From positions 131,943,741 to 132,007,740 of the forward strand of contig CM041465.1 of the NCBI GenBank assembly GCA_023213395.1: a stretch of DNA of 64,000 bases, in the 5' to 3' direction. Origin of the DNA: Cycas panzhihuaensis (Eukaryota > Plantae > Cycadophyta). The translations under genes and the position numbers were made by a program. Shown here one piece after another: positions 1 through 13,249 of this stretch. The first letter of the stretch is position 1. Every line of letters starts with the position of its first letter. The notes below the pieces were generated by a model. It was given only the letters and a program-made list of their open reading frames with translations, was not told where the DNA came from and made no database searches.

Positions 1-2103
1 TGCCTAGGAGAATATTGTCATCCACAAATTGATGATACACTACATTATCAACCCCAGAGGTAGGCTTTATACCTTTGATCACCCCCTGTCTTCTGGCCTC
101 CTTTGTAACTTTCCCCAGAAACTCAGCAAAAATAATAAATAAGTAGGGGGGGAGAGGATCTACCTATTGAAGACCTTTATATCTAGAGAAGAACCTTGTT
201 GAAGTATCATTTATCAATAGCAAATATTATGAGTTGGAGATGCAACGACCCATCCATTCCCTCCATTTGTCTCTAAAGTTAAACAACCTGAGGTAATCCC
301 AAGAGACCCTATCGTAGGCTTTAGACAGATCAATTTTCACTATCATCCTCACTTCCTTCTTATGATATACTAAGTGCACGGTCTTGTGAATAATAATAAT
401 CCCATCTAGAATTTATCTCCCTTTCACAAACCCTTCTTGATTAAGGAAGATAATATCTAGAAAAATCCTCTTCAATCTATTCACCAGGATTTTGTAAACT
501 ACATTACATAGGCTAATTAGATGATAATCCTCTATTCTCTTGCTGCCTTCCTTTTTAGGTATCAAAACTAATGGTAGTTTACCACTCCCCCAATATTTCA
601 CTATTCTTATAAAATTCCCTCAAGGCTGCGATGATATCCTCCTTTATAATATCCAAATATATTTGGAAAAAACTTGAATGAAAGCCATATGGTCCTGGAA
701 CTTTGTCCCTTTTCATGCTAAAAACAATACCTTTCACCTCTTTTGGGGTGAAGAGGGGCAGAAGGTCCCTATTCTAACCATTGGTCACCAGCTTGGGAAT
801 CCTATCCAAAAATTCCTTCCTAACCTCTAGGTCTAAGTAGCCAGGCTCCTTTAACAACTCCTAGAAATATTTCATCGTTATCTCCTTGATCTCTACCTCT
901 TCACTAGTTCATGTCCCCTCCTTATTACATAACTTATTCATATGATTATAGGATGTATGCTTTAGAATCGTTAAGTAAAAAACCTTTATGTTTGTATCTC
1001 CTTCTACTAACCAGAGAGCTCTCAATTTCTACTAGCTAAAGAGCTCTCGATTTTTGCTTCCAAAATATCTCTTCCTTAGTCAGAATCTCATCTAGCTTCC
1101 TAGAGAGGTCTCTCTTTATTAAATCCAAAGCCTGAGTTCTTCCCTCCTTGTCTATGCACTCCTCAATTCTTTTTAATTCCTCCACAATTTGGTTCTTAGT
1201 GATGAAGATATTTCCATACACACTTTTATTCTATTCTTTTATTTTCTCTTAACCCAACCCAATTGTTCGGATAGTCTAAACATTATACAACCTTTAATAG
1301 GAATCTTCCACTAATTAGATATCAGTTTCCTTAGGTCGAGATGATTAACCCACATTAATTCAAATCAGAAAGGAGCGTTATTATACTTTTTGTTAAACTC
1401 AAAGTCCAACATTAGAGGAGAATGATCTGATGCCATCTTTGGTAAAACCTCTAATATGAAATCATCATATCGTCTAACCCAGGCATAGTTTACATTAATC
1501 CTATCCAATCTTACTTAGATATGGTGTTCCCCTAGCCTCCTATTTGACCATGTAAATTTGGCTCCCCTCAAGTCTATGTCTACTATTCCTTCTTTCTGGA
1601 TAAAATCACCCAAATCCATCATACTGGGCATCTAACCCTTTGGCCCCCACTTTTTTCTTATTTAGGGAAAGTGTAGTATTGAAATCTCTTGCCACCACCC
1701 ATAGACCATGCCATTTTTTATGATGTTCCAATATTTTATCCCATAATTCCTTTCTCCCTTTCGCAATGGTGAAGGCATAAATATTTGTGGCCAATCATCG
1801 ATGATTTGTCCCTCTACTAGTAAACCAGATGGACATGAAATGGTTGTATATTTCACAAACCTCTCCTTACCAGAACATACGATTCCATAGGGTTGCCAAC
1901 CCTCCAGAGCCATGGTGGGCTTTCTTAATCTCCATTTCTATTGTTCTTCATATCTTATTTTTAATAACTAATATATTAATTTACTCTAGCTTAGTTTCTT
2001 GGAGTAAGATGATGTCTAATTTCAATCTCATTCATAAATCCTTAATTATTCTTTACTTTGAGGGGGCATTTAAGCTCTGCACATTCCAAGAGATGATCCT
2101 CAT
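1..2103 (-). pseudogene. LINE ORF2 (APE endonuclease + reverse transcriptase), many stops and frameshifts
   Basis: Starts MRIISWNVQSLNAP at 2103; WVVARDFN and SDHSP endonuclease motifs; ISLCNVVYKIL and QEGFVKGR RT motifs; HQFVDDNILLG at about 1-35. Confidence 0.92.
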
Positions 2104-2516
2104 CTCCTGCTGCTCAACTTTGGGCCTTTCATCCTATCTTCTCTTAAGGTACGTTGGCTTCCATGGTCGATTTGGTTAGCCATCTCCTTTTCTCTAACCA
2201 TCTTTAAGGTAGGCCTTCCCACCCTCCTTTCACTTCCAAGGTTTGGGCCTTTGTGCCCTCCCAAACTTCTCTACTGCTCTTAGGATTATTTCTCCTTTTC
2301 TATCATTTCCTCTTACAACTGGGATGCGTGATCCTTTGTAGTCTTTTGTCCTATAGTTAGGGGTGATTCTTATAGGAACTCACCCCCTCTAGGGCATTCC
2401 TCTTGTATCTTCTTTTTTCCTTGGGAGGGATCTTGGACTTAGATGTTAGCTCTAGCTTCTTGACTCTACTCTTGACCAACCTCATATAAAGTATCCTCAG
2501 CACCCAAGTTTAATCC

Positions 2517-2856
2517 TGGGCCATTTCTTCTCAGAAATCTGGGCTCGTAGGAGTGATAATTAGCAGAAAATGAAGCTAAATAACACGAGTGTGCAAGTGG
2601 ATCACAGAAATGAATCACCAAAATGAGTACCAAAGTACTTTCTCCTTTCAAGATATCATATTCAATAACATTACGAGTGATTTAACCCTTTAAATATACA
2701 AGTAAGGGTCTTCATTCGTAATGATTCTATTGGTAGCCCTAGTGGCCTTACATCTTATTAGACGACTTAACAGTCCATACACATAACTTACTAAATCCCT
2801 TAATCCTTACTTGTCAGTGGTTCACGCTTGCTAAAGAAAGGTGAGGTTATGTTACA
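2517..2856 (-). repeat. 3' LTR of the chromovirus
   Basis: Direct repeat of 8663-9003 (about 27 substitutions and 1 indel by eye). PPT (AAAGGGGGGA on the minus strand) adjacent at about 2859-2868. Confidence 0.95.
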
Positions 2857-2890
2857 GGTCCCCCCTTTGAGACGATGAGTCCCCGCAGCG

Positions 2891-5800
2891 TTAGAGAGAA
2901 GGATGTTGCTGGATGAACTCATCCGGCTCCCATGTAGCTTCATCAGCATCGCAACCGACCCACTGTACCAAGTGTTGAGAGATAGTATGATTCTGGAGGC
3001 AACATTGGCGACTGGCAAGGATTTTATTAGGAGGAATTATAAGAGTTTGCTCTTCAGAGAGAATGGGTAGGGTTATGTAGGGTGTAACTTTAGCTCCAAG
3101 GTATTTTTTTAGGCAGGACATATGGAAGATATTATGGATATTAGTGTTTAGGAGAAGTTCAAGGGCATAAGCAACTTCACCAATTTTGTGCAGGATCTTA
3201 TAAGGGCCATAGTAGTGGGGGCTTAGTTTATGCCCTTGATGGGATTTGAGTGATTGTTGCTTATAAGGTTAGAGGCAAAGGTATATTAGATCTCCAATAT
3301 CAAAGGATCGGTCAGATCGGTGGCAGTCTACAAGTTGCTTGATTCGATTTTGAGCAATGGTTAGATTTTGTCGAAGGGCATGCAAGATTTAATCCATTTC
3401 TTGAAGCTTTTGTTGCACAGAAGTTGTTCTAAAGTTTATGGCTAAGGTATGGTGGGAAGGTGGGTGGTAGCCATAAAGAGCCAAAAAGAGGGACATACCA
3501 ATGGCAGAATGATGGGAGGAGTTATACCAATACTTGGCCAAGGCAAGCCATGAGGTCCACTTAGCTTGGTGTTCTGAGGCGAAGCAACGTAGATAAGTTT
3601 CTAAAGTTTTATTTAGAACCTCAGATTGGCCATCTGTTTGTGGGTGGTAGGTAGGGCTCATGTTAAATGAGGTTCTAACAACCTTAAAGAGTACTTGCCA
3701 AAAGAAGCTAGTAAACTTAAGGTCTCAATCACAAATAATATATGATAGGAAGCCATGGAGGCAAAATATGAATTGGACATATAAGTCAACAAGACAGGAG
3801 GATGAATATGAGGTGTGCATTGGGAGAAAGTGTGAGTACTTGGTTAATCGATCAATGATTACCCAAATGGAGTTAAACCCGACAGATGGAGGTAGGCCCG
3901 TGATGAAGTCCATGGCAATATCTTGCCACTTGCCTTGAGGAATATTTAATGGTTGGAGAAGGCCAGGGAGAGGTTTGGTCTCTATTTTATTTCATTGACA
4001 GGTGTCACATTCTAATATGAAAGTGAATATGGTGGTCTTCATGTGGGGCTAAAAGAAATCTACGCGAATCCGTCGATAAGTCTTATTGAAGCCGAAGTAG
4101 CCACCGAGGAGGGACAAGTGGTATTCTATTAGGATTTTAGGAATGAATGAGGAGGAGGGATGGACAAAGATACGATTCTGGTAAAGGAGGTGATTGTTGA
4201 AGGTTGACCAACCTTTATGGATGAGAACTTTTTCCCTCGAATTAGGATAGTCTAGCTGGGCTTGATTTTCAACACATAGTTCGTCAAGCCAAAGTGGTTG
4301 GGGGTTGTTGATGGCATGGAGGCTTAGGTTAGGAACATTGTCGTCAGGATGGAGACGTGAAAGAGCATCTGCCATTGTATTGTCTTTGTCTTTTTTATAT
4401 GTTATTGAGAAGTCAAAGACTTGTAATTAATGAACCCACTTAGCTTGTTCTTCAGACAAGACTGGTTGAGTCAATAAATTATGGAGGCTACGATGATCCG
4501 TGAGAATAGTGAACTTAGAGCCTAAGAGATATTGCTGTCGTTTATTAATAACATGGAGAATAGCCTTCATTTCTTTCTGATATGTAAAGAGATGAAGCTC
4601 GTGATCTTTTAATTTTCGGCTTTCAAATGCAATGGGATGAGAGTCTTGCATTAGGACAACACCTAACCAAACCCTGAAGCATCGCATTCAAGTTGGAAGG
4701 GTTGGTTAAAATTAGGAGTGATGAGGACTAGAGTGGAGGTTATTACGACCTTGAGGTGGGAAAAGGTAGCATCTGCTTCGGGAGACCATTGAAAAGCCTC
4801 TTTGCAAAGGAGGTTGGTTAATGGGGTGGCAAGAGCAGCATAGTTATGCACAAAGCGTCGATAAAACCCTGTGAGCCCAAGAAATGCTCGTAGTTGGGTA
4901 AGAGTGGTAGGTGTTGGTCACGTTGTGATGACTGATATTTTATCGGGGTCTACATGTACCCCTTCTGATGATATGATGTGACCCAAATATTTGAGTTCTG
5001 ATTGTCCAAACTCACACTTAAATAGTTTTTCATAAAGATGGTGGTTCTGCAATATTTGGAGAACAATTTCTAAGTGTTGGATATGGAGATCCAAGTAGGC
5101 ACTATAAATAAGAATGTCATCAAAGAAAACTATGACAAACTTTCGAAGGTAGGGCCCAAAGATTTTATTCATGAGAGCTTGGAAGGTTGTCGGGGCATTG
5201 CTCGAAACTCAAAATGGCCATGATGTGTGCGAAATGCTGTCTTATGATAATCTTGTGGGGTAATTGGGATTTGGTAGTAACCAGATTAGAGGTCTAACTT
5301 AGAAAAGATGGTTACGTCATGGATTTCATCTAGCATGTCATCTATGCAAGGGGTGGAAAACTTATTTTTAATGGTAATCTTATTTAATTCCCTATAGTCA
5401 ACATAGAGGCGAAAGGAGCCATCCTTCTTCCGAACTAAGATAATTAGGGCTGCATAAGGGCTTTTACTTGGTTGGATTATGCCCATGTCGAGGAGCTCAT
5501 TTGTGAGTTTCTCGATTTCATTCTTTTAGAAGTATGAGTTCTGATGGGTCGAAGGCTAATGGGGTCATGGTTAGATTGGAGGTCAATTGTATGATAGAAA
5601 CCGTGGTTGGGAGGGGTAGTGGCAGGCAGAGGGGCAAATACTTGTTCATATTGGGTAATGGCATCCTGGATGTGTGGTTGAATTTATGGTTCGATTTGAA
5701 TATTATTGAGGCAGATTATATACCCTAGGTGAGATTGAAGATGGTGTTTCATACGTCTAGTAGAGACCACTTGGTTAGGGAGGGATTGCATTCCATAAAT

Positions 5801-7374
5801 TTTGTGATTTTGCCCCATGTGGTCTTTGAAGGTAATGAATGGATTTATAGGCAAGTTGTTCATGCTATAGGTCCCTAGTGTTTGCAACCATTGAATCCCT
5901 AAGATGGCATCAAATCCTCCTATTGACAAGGCATAGAACTCTAACACCAAAAGGTATGAGCCAATTTAGACTTAGAGGTTTTTAATAACACCTGCACAAT
6001 GGAGTTTCTAGTACCCTAGTAGAGAACATGTAAAGCCAGTTTTTAGGACAATATATAGGTTAAGTTGTTTAGCTATCGAAATATCAATGAAGTTAAGTGA
6101 CACGCCACCATCGATCAAGATAGATATTGGAGTCTTACGGAGAATGCCTCTAACTCTTAGGGGTTCAGGGTAGGAGGAGGTGGTGACAACAGATATAGAT
6201 ACTTCGGGTTGGGGGTCTGGTGCAGGATCATCATGGGTTTCATCATCAGCCTCCTGGTCAGAGTTAGAGTCAAAGGGATCATCAGGGGAGAGGGATGTAT
6301 CAATGGAGAAAACCATATGCCACGTTTTGCAAAAATGACCATGCCTAGAAATCCATTTTTCTGCATACTACATACAAAGGCCAGCCTCGAGTTGACTTTG
6401 TACTTTAGCTTGAGAAATTTGGACTCTTTTGGTGGATGTATCCTTATTATGGTGATCAATAGATGGCCGAGAATCATCTTGTCATGGCTGAGGATGTGTG
6501 AAGTCATCTTGAGGATGAGAGGCATCATCAAATCGAGGTCGAGGCTATTGGAAGTCTGCCTGTTGAGTGTGTGAGAACCAAGAGTTATCCCGTCAAATAA
6601 CTGAGGGTTTATCTACTTCAAACTCAGCTTCTACTGCACGGGCCCACTTGAAAGCTACCTTAAGGGAGTAAATTGCCATTGTTTTTAATCTCATCTGAAT
6701 ACGATCTTGGAGTCCCGCCACATAAATATCAATCACTGTTTGTTTGTCCAAGTTTTGGCTTTGTGGTGCACGGTTATATAAAGCTTGAAATTCATCCGTA
6801 TAAGCTTCTACAATTGATGTCTGCTTAAGCCTGATGAGTTATGTAAAAAAGGATTGACTCTATATATCTTCATATTGTTCAAAGAAATAACTAGTGAAAT
6901 GGGACCAAGTTTGGTGAGAGGGATATTCTCGCTTCCACCAGTTAAACCAATGGTGAGCTCGGCCAAATGCAAGTGAATGGAAGCATATAAGAGTTGGTCC
7001 TCTTCTGACATCGAGTGGAGAGTGAAGTAGGATTCTAACTTATTAATCCAACTTCAAGTGCACTCTCTATTCACGTCTGGATCAAAGGTAGGAATATTAA
7101 TCTTATGGTGGAAAAAAGGTTGTCTTGGTGGAGAACCTCCTATATATACGTTGCTTCCTGGAGAAGGGGGAGGTTGATTGCCTGTTGAGTTAGAAGCTCC
7201 TATGCTTTGGGGTTGAGATGGCACCCACTGCTGAAGTAGTCTGGGAATCTCTTTCTTGGTGTCGTCTAGGTCAGATTTGATAGGCATAGTACTGAGTTTA
7301 TCGTTGACCTCTGTTTTGAAGCTAGATAAGTCATTGGTCAACTCAGAAATTTTTTCTGTTTGATTTTTTGCCAT
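2891..7374 (-). pseudogene. gag-pol polyprotein with C-terminal chromodomain
   Basis: gag start MAKNQTEK (7374); PR ILIDGGVSLNFID; RT FSKLDL and FFDDILIYS; RH LECDASG and TDHRSL; INT MDFITGLP and HPQTDGQSEVLN; chromodomain HLVQWVGCDADEATWE. Confidence 0.93.
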
Positions 7375-8648
7375 TGGAGTTGAAGAAAGGGATTAAAGAA
7401 GTGGGAGTAAGTAGAAAGAAGGGAAAGAACGAAGTGGGACAGATCAAGAAAGAATGAGATATAAGAATAGGGAGTTACTATATGGAAAAGAAGGGGCGAA
7501 TAAGGGAATGTAGGGTGTCTATAGCCTATTGACCCCAAAATTACATAAGCAAGATATTTAGTCTACTAAGAAGAGCACAAAAACTTATCAAAATGAGATA
7601 TATGAGTTTTTAAGGTGAATTTGGAGTGGTGGGGCCCACTAGTGGCCCGGGTACAAAAAGGAGTGAAAATTGGGGGTATAGACTAAGCTAGAGTAAAATA
7701 ACCCTTATGAGATGCTGATCGACTTGAGGTATATGAGTTATAAGGGTAACTTCTTTTTGCATTGTGAGCAAGGGCTAAGTGGAGTTTTTTTTTTTTTTTT
7801 GCTCTCTTCTTGTTTTTTTTTCTTTTTTTCTAGAGGCTTGGTTGTTCTGACAAGTTTTAAATTCAGGCAGTCAATGGCTTGTGATCTTAATTAAGATTAG
7901 GGCAAGGGAAGCAGAGAATGATCAGGTGTGTCCTACCCACTGCAGAATGAGGTGTGCTTGGTCTTATAGGCTTGCCAATAAACTTCTGATGCAGAAGTTT
8001 GGAGCAGGTAACTTCGTGGCGTTAACCGCTAACCACTGCACTGTAAGACTTCAGCGATGGATAGTTTACCTGCGCTATGGAGGGTTTTGGAATCCTAAAG
8101 GGTTCCTCCTATACACTTGGAGGTACGTGGAGGCACACTTCCGTAGCTAGGTTCTGTCTAAGGCTTGGTTTAGGAGTGTTATCTCCAGTCCTTCACGCAA
8201 GGGGCAGAAAAGCCATGATGCGCTTAGCTAGAATGACAGATCCCTGTGATCTTTAAAGACCCTTGGTACAAGGTCTTTACCTGACTACTTGGGTAGCCAC
8301 CCAGTGGTGTTATCTACCCAGAAGGGAGGGGTGGGAGGGGTGGGAGGGGACACAAAGGGTAGCTGCCCAACGGTGTTATCTACCCTTAGAATATAACCCA
8401 ATGCAGAAAAAGAAAGCTTAAAAATTGAATTGAGTGTAGAAGAAATGAATTGCTTGCGGTACCTAAAGAATGAAATTCCCCTTCGCTTCGCGACCTCTAA
8501 TCTATCCTGCTACCATTCCTCAATCTTCTTAGAGAGAGTCCTAAGCGAAGGTCTTTCCTTAATCTCTACCTAGGTAGAGAGAGTACTCAATCATACAGGG
8601 AAAAAAAAAAATTGCTATTCCGGGCAACTTCCCACGATCATGAACGTA

Positions 8649-8660
8649 GCTCTCATACCA
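8649..8660 (-). promoter_or_regulatory. Primer binding site (tRNA-iMet)
   Basis: Minus strand reads TGGTATGAGAGC, 1 mismatch from TGGTATCAGAGC. Confidence 0.9.
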
Positions 8661-8662
8661 CT

Positions 8663-9003
8663 TGGACCGTTCCTTCTTAGAAATCTGGGCTCATAGGAGT
8701 GATAATTAGTAGAAAATGAAACTAAATAACATGAGTGCGCAAGTAGATCACAGAAAATGAATCACCAAAATGAGTATCGAAGTACTTTCTCCTTTCAAGA
8801 TAGCATACTCAATAACATTACGAGTGATTTAACCCTTTAAATATACAAGTAAGGGTCTTCATCCTTAATGATTCTATTGGTGGCCCTAGTGGCCTTACAT
8901 CTTATTGGACAGCTTAGCGGTCCATACACATAACTTACTAAACCCCTTAATCCTTACTTGTTGGTGGTTCACGCTTGCTAAGGAAAGGTGGGGTTATGTT
9001 ACA
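8663..9003 (-). repeat. 5' LTR of the chromovirus
   Basis: Repeat of 2517-2856; lies 2 nt from the PBS. Confidence 0.95.
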
Positions 9004-9008
9004 AATCC

Positions 9009-9850
9009 TTTTGCCTCCTCTACAAAAGTCTCACCTTCCTCCTCTCCAGGGGTTTGCCCCAATAATTCCTTAATTTTCTCTGGCCCCAATTCCTCCCATA
9101 CTTCCTTTTGTGGCTCACCCAGACAATACTAGGGAAGATAACCAGATCTTTTGCAAATTGGGCATTTGATATTTTTTGCTTCATACACTAGGGTTTAGTC
9201 TTTACTCCAATCCTCCATCTCTATCCTAACTTAGTCTGGGAGGGGTTTGTCAATTCTTATTAGAACACAGAACCTAGCATTAATAAGTCTACTACAATTC
9301 TTAATAGTTGAGTCTATGGCTAGAAGGGACCCTATGGCTTTCACTACCCCTTAATAACCTCCAAATCCCACACTTGTAGGGGTAGCCTTGGCATTTGCAC
9401 CTAGATTAATATCTATTTTATAACTGGTACTATAGGGTCAAAATCTAGATGCCATTTCTCTAGGAAAAGGGCTTTTCTCCCTAAAATCCATGGGATCCTC
9501 AATGAGATATTGACCATATCTTCCTGGTTTAAGAATTTGAATATAACACACCCTCGAGGTAATGCCATAACCTCTACTAGGTTCCTAAGTTTTCATCTAT
9601 TGACTGCCCATTTCCTAATGACATTGAGTCTAAGTCTTGGGCCTGAGAATTTGCCCACCAAACTTTTCTCCCAATACTTTTCATTTCTCTTAGTAAGTTT
9701 CTTGGGGATAGGTATTTTGTCAAGTTATCTTGGATTATAGGGTTTATTTCTAAGGGTTTTAATTCTCCCTTCTTTATTGCTTCTAAATATGATTTCCCTA
9801 TAGGGAGGTTTTGAGTCTAGTTAAAAGGGCTTTTATCCCCCATTTTCTCC
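9009..9850 (-). pseudogene. LINE ORF1, 5' part (DUF4283-like domain + CCHC-type knuckle); its 3' remainder lies at about 2107-2516
   Basis: Translates YWEKSLVGKFSGPRLRLNVIRKW...GCVIFKFLNQED...LFLEKWHLDFDP and CPICKRSGYLPxYC, typical of plant LINE ORF1. Confidence 0.8.
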
Positions 9851-12800
9851 ATCATTACATATTAAAAAAGTTAATTTTAGCTACTATATATTCTGACTAC
9901 TAACTCAAAAAAGAAATAAAAGAAAAAGCTCTTAGAGAATCTCGGTTCCTCACCTAGAAAATTGAATACATCTAGAAAATTGCTTAAGTAAAGCTTCTCC
10001 CTCCTTCTAGTCTACTATATGTCCTGTCTTCCCCTGGGATCTCATGGAGGGTTGTCGAGTATTCTTCCCCTGTCTTACCAAGGCCAATCTTGATCATATC
10101 CCTCACCTGGAACAATAAAAGAGGTTGCTCCTGGTAAATCCAGTTACCAAATTTAGATCCATTGTCCCTACCTGTGTGGAAAATATCTCCCAACAGAATC
10201 TCTAAGATGCAATCCTTCATCTATTTAAACCTCCTTCCATTCAATGCTCCTTCATCTCGAGCCTCCACAATCACTAGTTTACCCAAGCGTTGCTTCCTAG
10301 CCACCACTTGCTGGCCAGAACTTCCCCCACCACATTCATCAATCCCTAACCCTAACTCACATATGTAGAAATTCTCCATGCTTCACCAAGAAATACAACT
10401 CTAGAAAATTCAGAATTACATATTTAATAAACCTAAGATTTAGTAGATCTTTGGTATTACATCCTACTTTTGTTCATATGAATTATTTGTTTGAAGTATT
10501 GGGGTGTGACTTTTATTACTACAAGAAACTAAAATGAGGCATCATTGTCAAAGTGTTTCTACTTCTTCAATTTGTCATCATCCTCTAGATCCTCAAATAC
10601 TTCTTAGGTGTTTATTGAGTATAAGTCCAATTTCATTATCATTACCAACATGTTATTAGATTAAGACTCTTTGCACAAGTAGGGCCTTAGTGTATCAAAC
10701 CCTCAACTAATTAGGATAAATTCTTTAACATATATATGACCATGTCAGTGCATTTTACCTACTAGGACTTATCTATAAAAACCCAAGTTGTTATGTAATT
10801 TTGGTGGTTTTGTATGTGCCAAAAAGTAAGTGGGCTAACTCTATGCTTGCTCTTTAAGATTATATCATGAAGTCTTAATTAGCTAAGTGATCTCCTTTAA
10901 AGAAACCATATAGGGGGCTTTATCTTACCATTACTTGGAGAATTCAAAATTCCTCTAAACCCTACAATTTATCTTAGATTTGACCATAAGGGTTGGAAAA
11001 ATCATACTAAAAGGGTTGAGGCAGCATTGCCAAGGGAGACCACCTAATAATTCTTGGTTAGCATAGGGGGTAAGTAACCTTACTGACCTTAGGTTGGCCT
11101 TTCCCACCTTTCTATAGAAAAATATTGACATGTAGCCTAGTGTTGGTATTTTCTTTATAGTGGGTTAAACCCTCAATAATTAGGTTTATTGTTATTTATT
11201 TTCCATATACATATCTATCCCTTTAATTCTTCAAACGATAAGGTTAAACATTTCATGATCTTGCCTAGGTGACACACACTACATGGTTACTTAATTGAGC
11301 ACCCCTCTTTTTGAATCATTTTTTAACTCATAAAAATATCAACTCATATATAAATTCAATTTCACGCTAGGCATATGGATGAGTTTAGGTGGAAACTCAA
11401 GAAAATATTATGGCATCAACAATGTATAATACATAAGATCTAATCTTATGTCTCTTTTAGAAAGAGGGCTCTTTAAATGTTCTGTAAGCAGGACTTACAT
11501 AAAGGTATAAGGCAATTATATCAAGATGATATTATAATGAATCTCTTAAGGGGTGTGCATATTGAATTTTCCTTTTGTTTACTAACCCCTAAATAATAAA
11601 GCCAATACATCATCACACTATATATAATTAGTAATAAATACTCATATGGGAGGATTACTAATACACCATAAATAACCATATCTTAATAATATAATCCATC
11701 CTTATGATTAAGTATATTATACAATTATTTATTAAAAATTATATTCCAAATGTTTATGAAGATTATGACTTAATAATACATTAAGTTTGTTATAAATAAT
11801 TTTTGATATGACATACTTATATGACCCTCATCATTGTTATATAATACCATATTATTGGAAATTAAGTTATTGTCAAGGTTCTTCAATGCCATTTCTAAGA
11901 ATTTTAAAGTTATTATGGTAATTATACATCTTATTCTTTAATCCTTTAAAGCATTACGTATCTAATCCTCTATAAAACACATGTTCTATGAGAATCCATT
12001 TGGAAAGAAAAAAATATATATAATGGAAGCTATAAGGGTTTTGAATTAATAGTACTAAATAAGTAAGAATGAATTGCATGTGATATTAAATAAGTCATGC
12101 ATTATATAGCAAATAAGTGCTTTTATCTTTAAATAATTGTAGAATAATTAAGCAAAGCAATGCTAATAACCGTATTAGATAATAACAAATGCAATGAAAT
12201 CTATTTGAAGTAATTAGGAATATTTTAAAGGCTATATAATAATAATGCCAATCATGATCAAGGGAAGGCATTCATTGAAATGGACAATATGAAAAATATA
12301 AGGAATTAATAATCATTTTAAAAAATCAAGCAAGTGATAGAATGAGGAGGAACGTCTTAATTAATGTCATGGAAGATCAAATAAGAAAAATAAACCTAAT
12401 AAACTCTCAAGAGACTTAAATAATGAAGTAATAAATGCAAGCTAAGAATAGCAATGATATTATGACAACTTTGAAGAATGCTTTAGATGTTACCTGGTTA
12501 GAATTTGATGAATAAGTACATCCTTCTTGATAATTTATTCAAGTATTTGAACCCTTTGAATATTATAAATAATGGTTTGGTTTGAATCTAATAAGAGGTG
12601 GTAACATCTTAAAAGCTACATTGAGGATCTTGTGGCATCTAAAGGCTAGCCTGTAAGGATTGTAATGTTTTACATCGAGTGTCTTCCTTACGAGTTAAAT
12701 CATTCATAAATCTTTCAAAGCCCTTTGTCTTCATTTCTTATTGAAGTAATCAAAGCCTAATTTACTAAACTTCTAAATGCATCACAAAGCATTCTTAAGA

Positions 12801-13249
12801 TTTAAGATATGTGCTAGCATGGTAATAAGAGCTTTTGTTAATGAAAAACATAGCCTAAATTTGTTACTTATTTCCCTGATGTTAGGACTATAACTCCTCT
12901 AAATATATTTAATCAATATGTTCCTTGCTTTCATTTCATCCAAAAGCATACATTGATTGCCTTCCTTATAAGGTAATGGGTAACATTTCAACCTTTACTT
13001 TCAATGCTCCTTAAGTTCTCCAAGTAAAGAGACAGAAATGATCTCTCAATCCTAAGTGGGCTCAGTGTTACAACATCACAAAAGGGGAGAGTTCTTTTAA
13101 ACATGAAAAAACCTTATTGAACCTTTACATGTTTTAACAAGACTTTCCCAGTGTTGAAAGTAGATTTACTAATATTTTTTTTTTATATAAATCATTATTC
13201 ATTAAAAATATACAAACACTTCTATTTTAGAAGCAAATTTGACACCTTG

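Larger units (their letters stand above)
2517..9003 (-). mobile_element. Full-length Ty3/gypsy chromovirus (Reina-like), degenerate
   Basis: Two ~340-bp TG...CA LTRs; perfect 5-bp TSD AATCC (2512-2516 and 9004-9008); tRNA-Met PBS; PPT; order gag-PR-RT-RH-INT-chromodomain. Confidence 0.95.
1..10400 (-). mobile_element. L1-clade LINE (non-LTR retrotransposon), degenerate; interrupted by the gypsy element at 2517-9003; 3' end outside the window; 5' boundary approximate
   Basis: Minus-strand ORF1 (DUF4283-like plus zinc knuckle) followed by ORF2 (APE endonuclease then RT). LINE sequence resumes on both sides of the AATCC target-site duplication. Confidence 0.9.
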
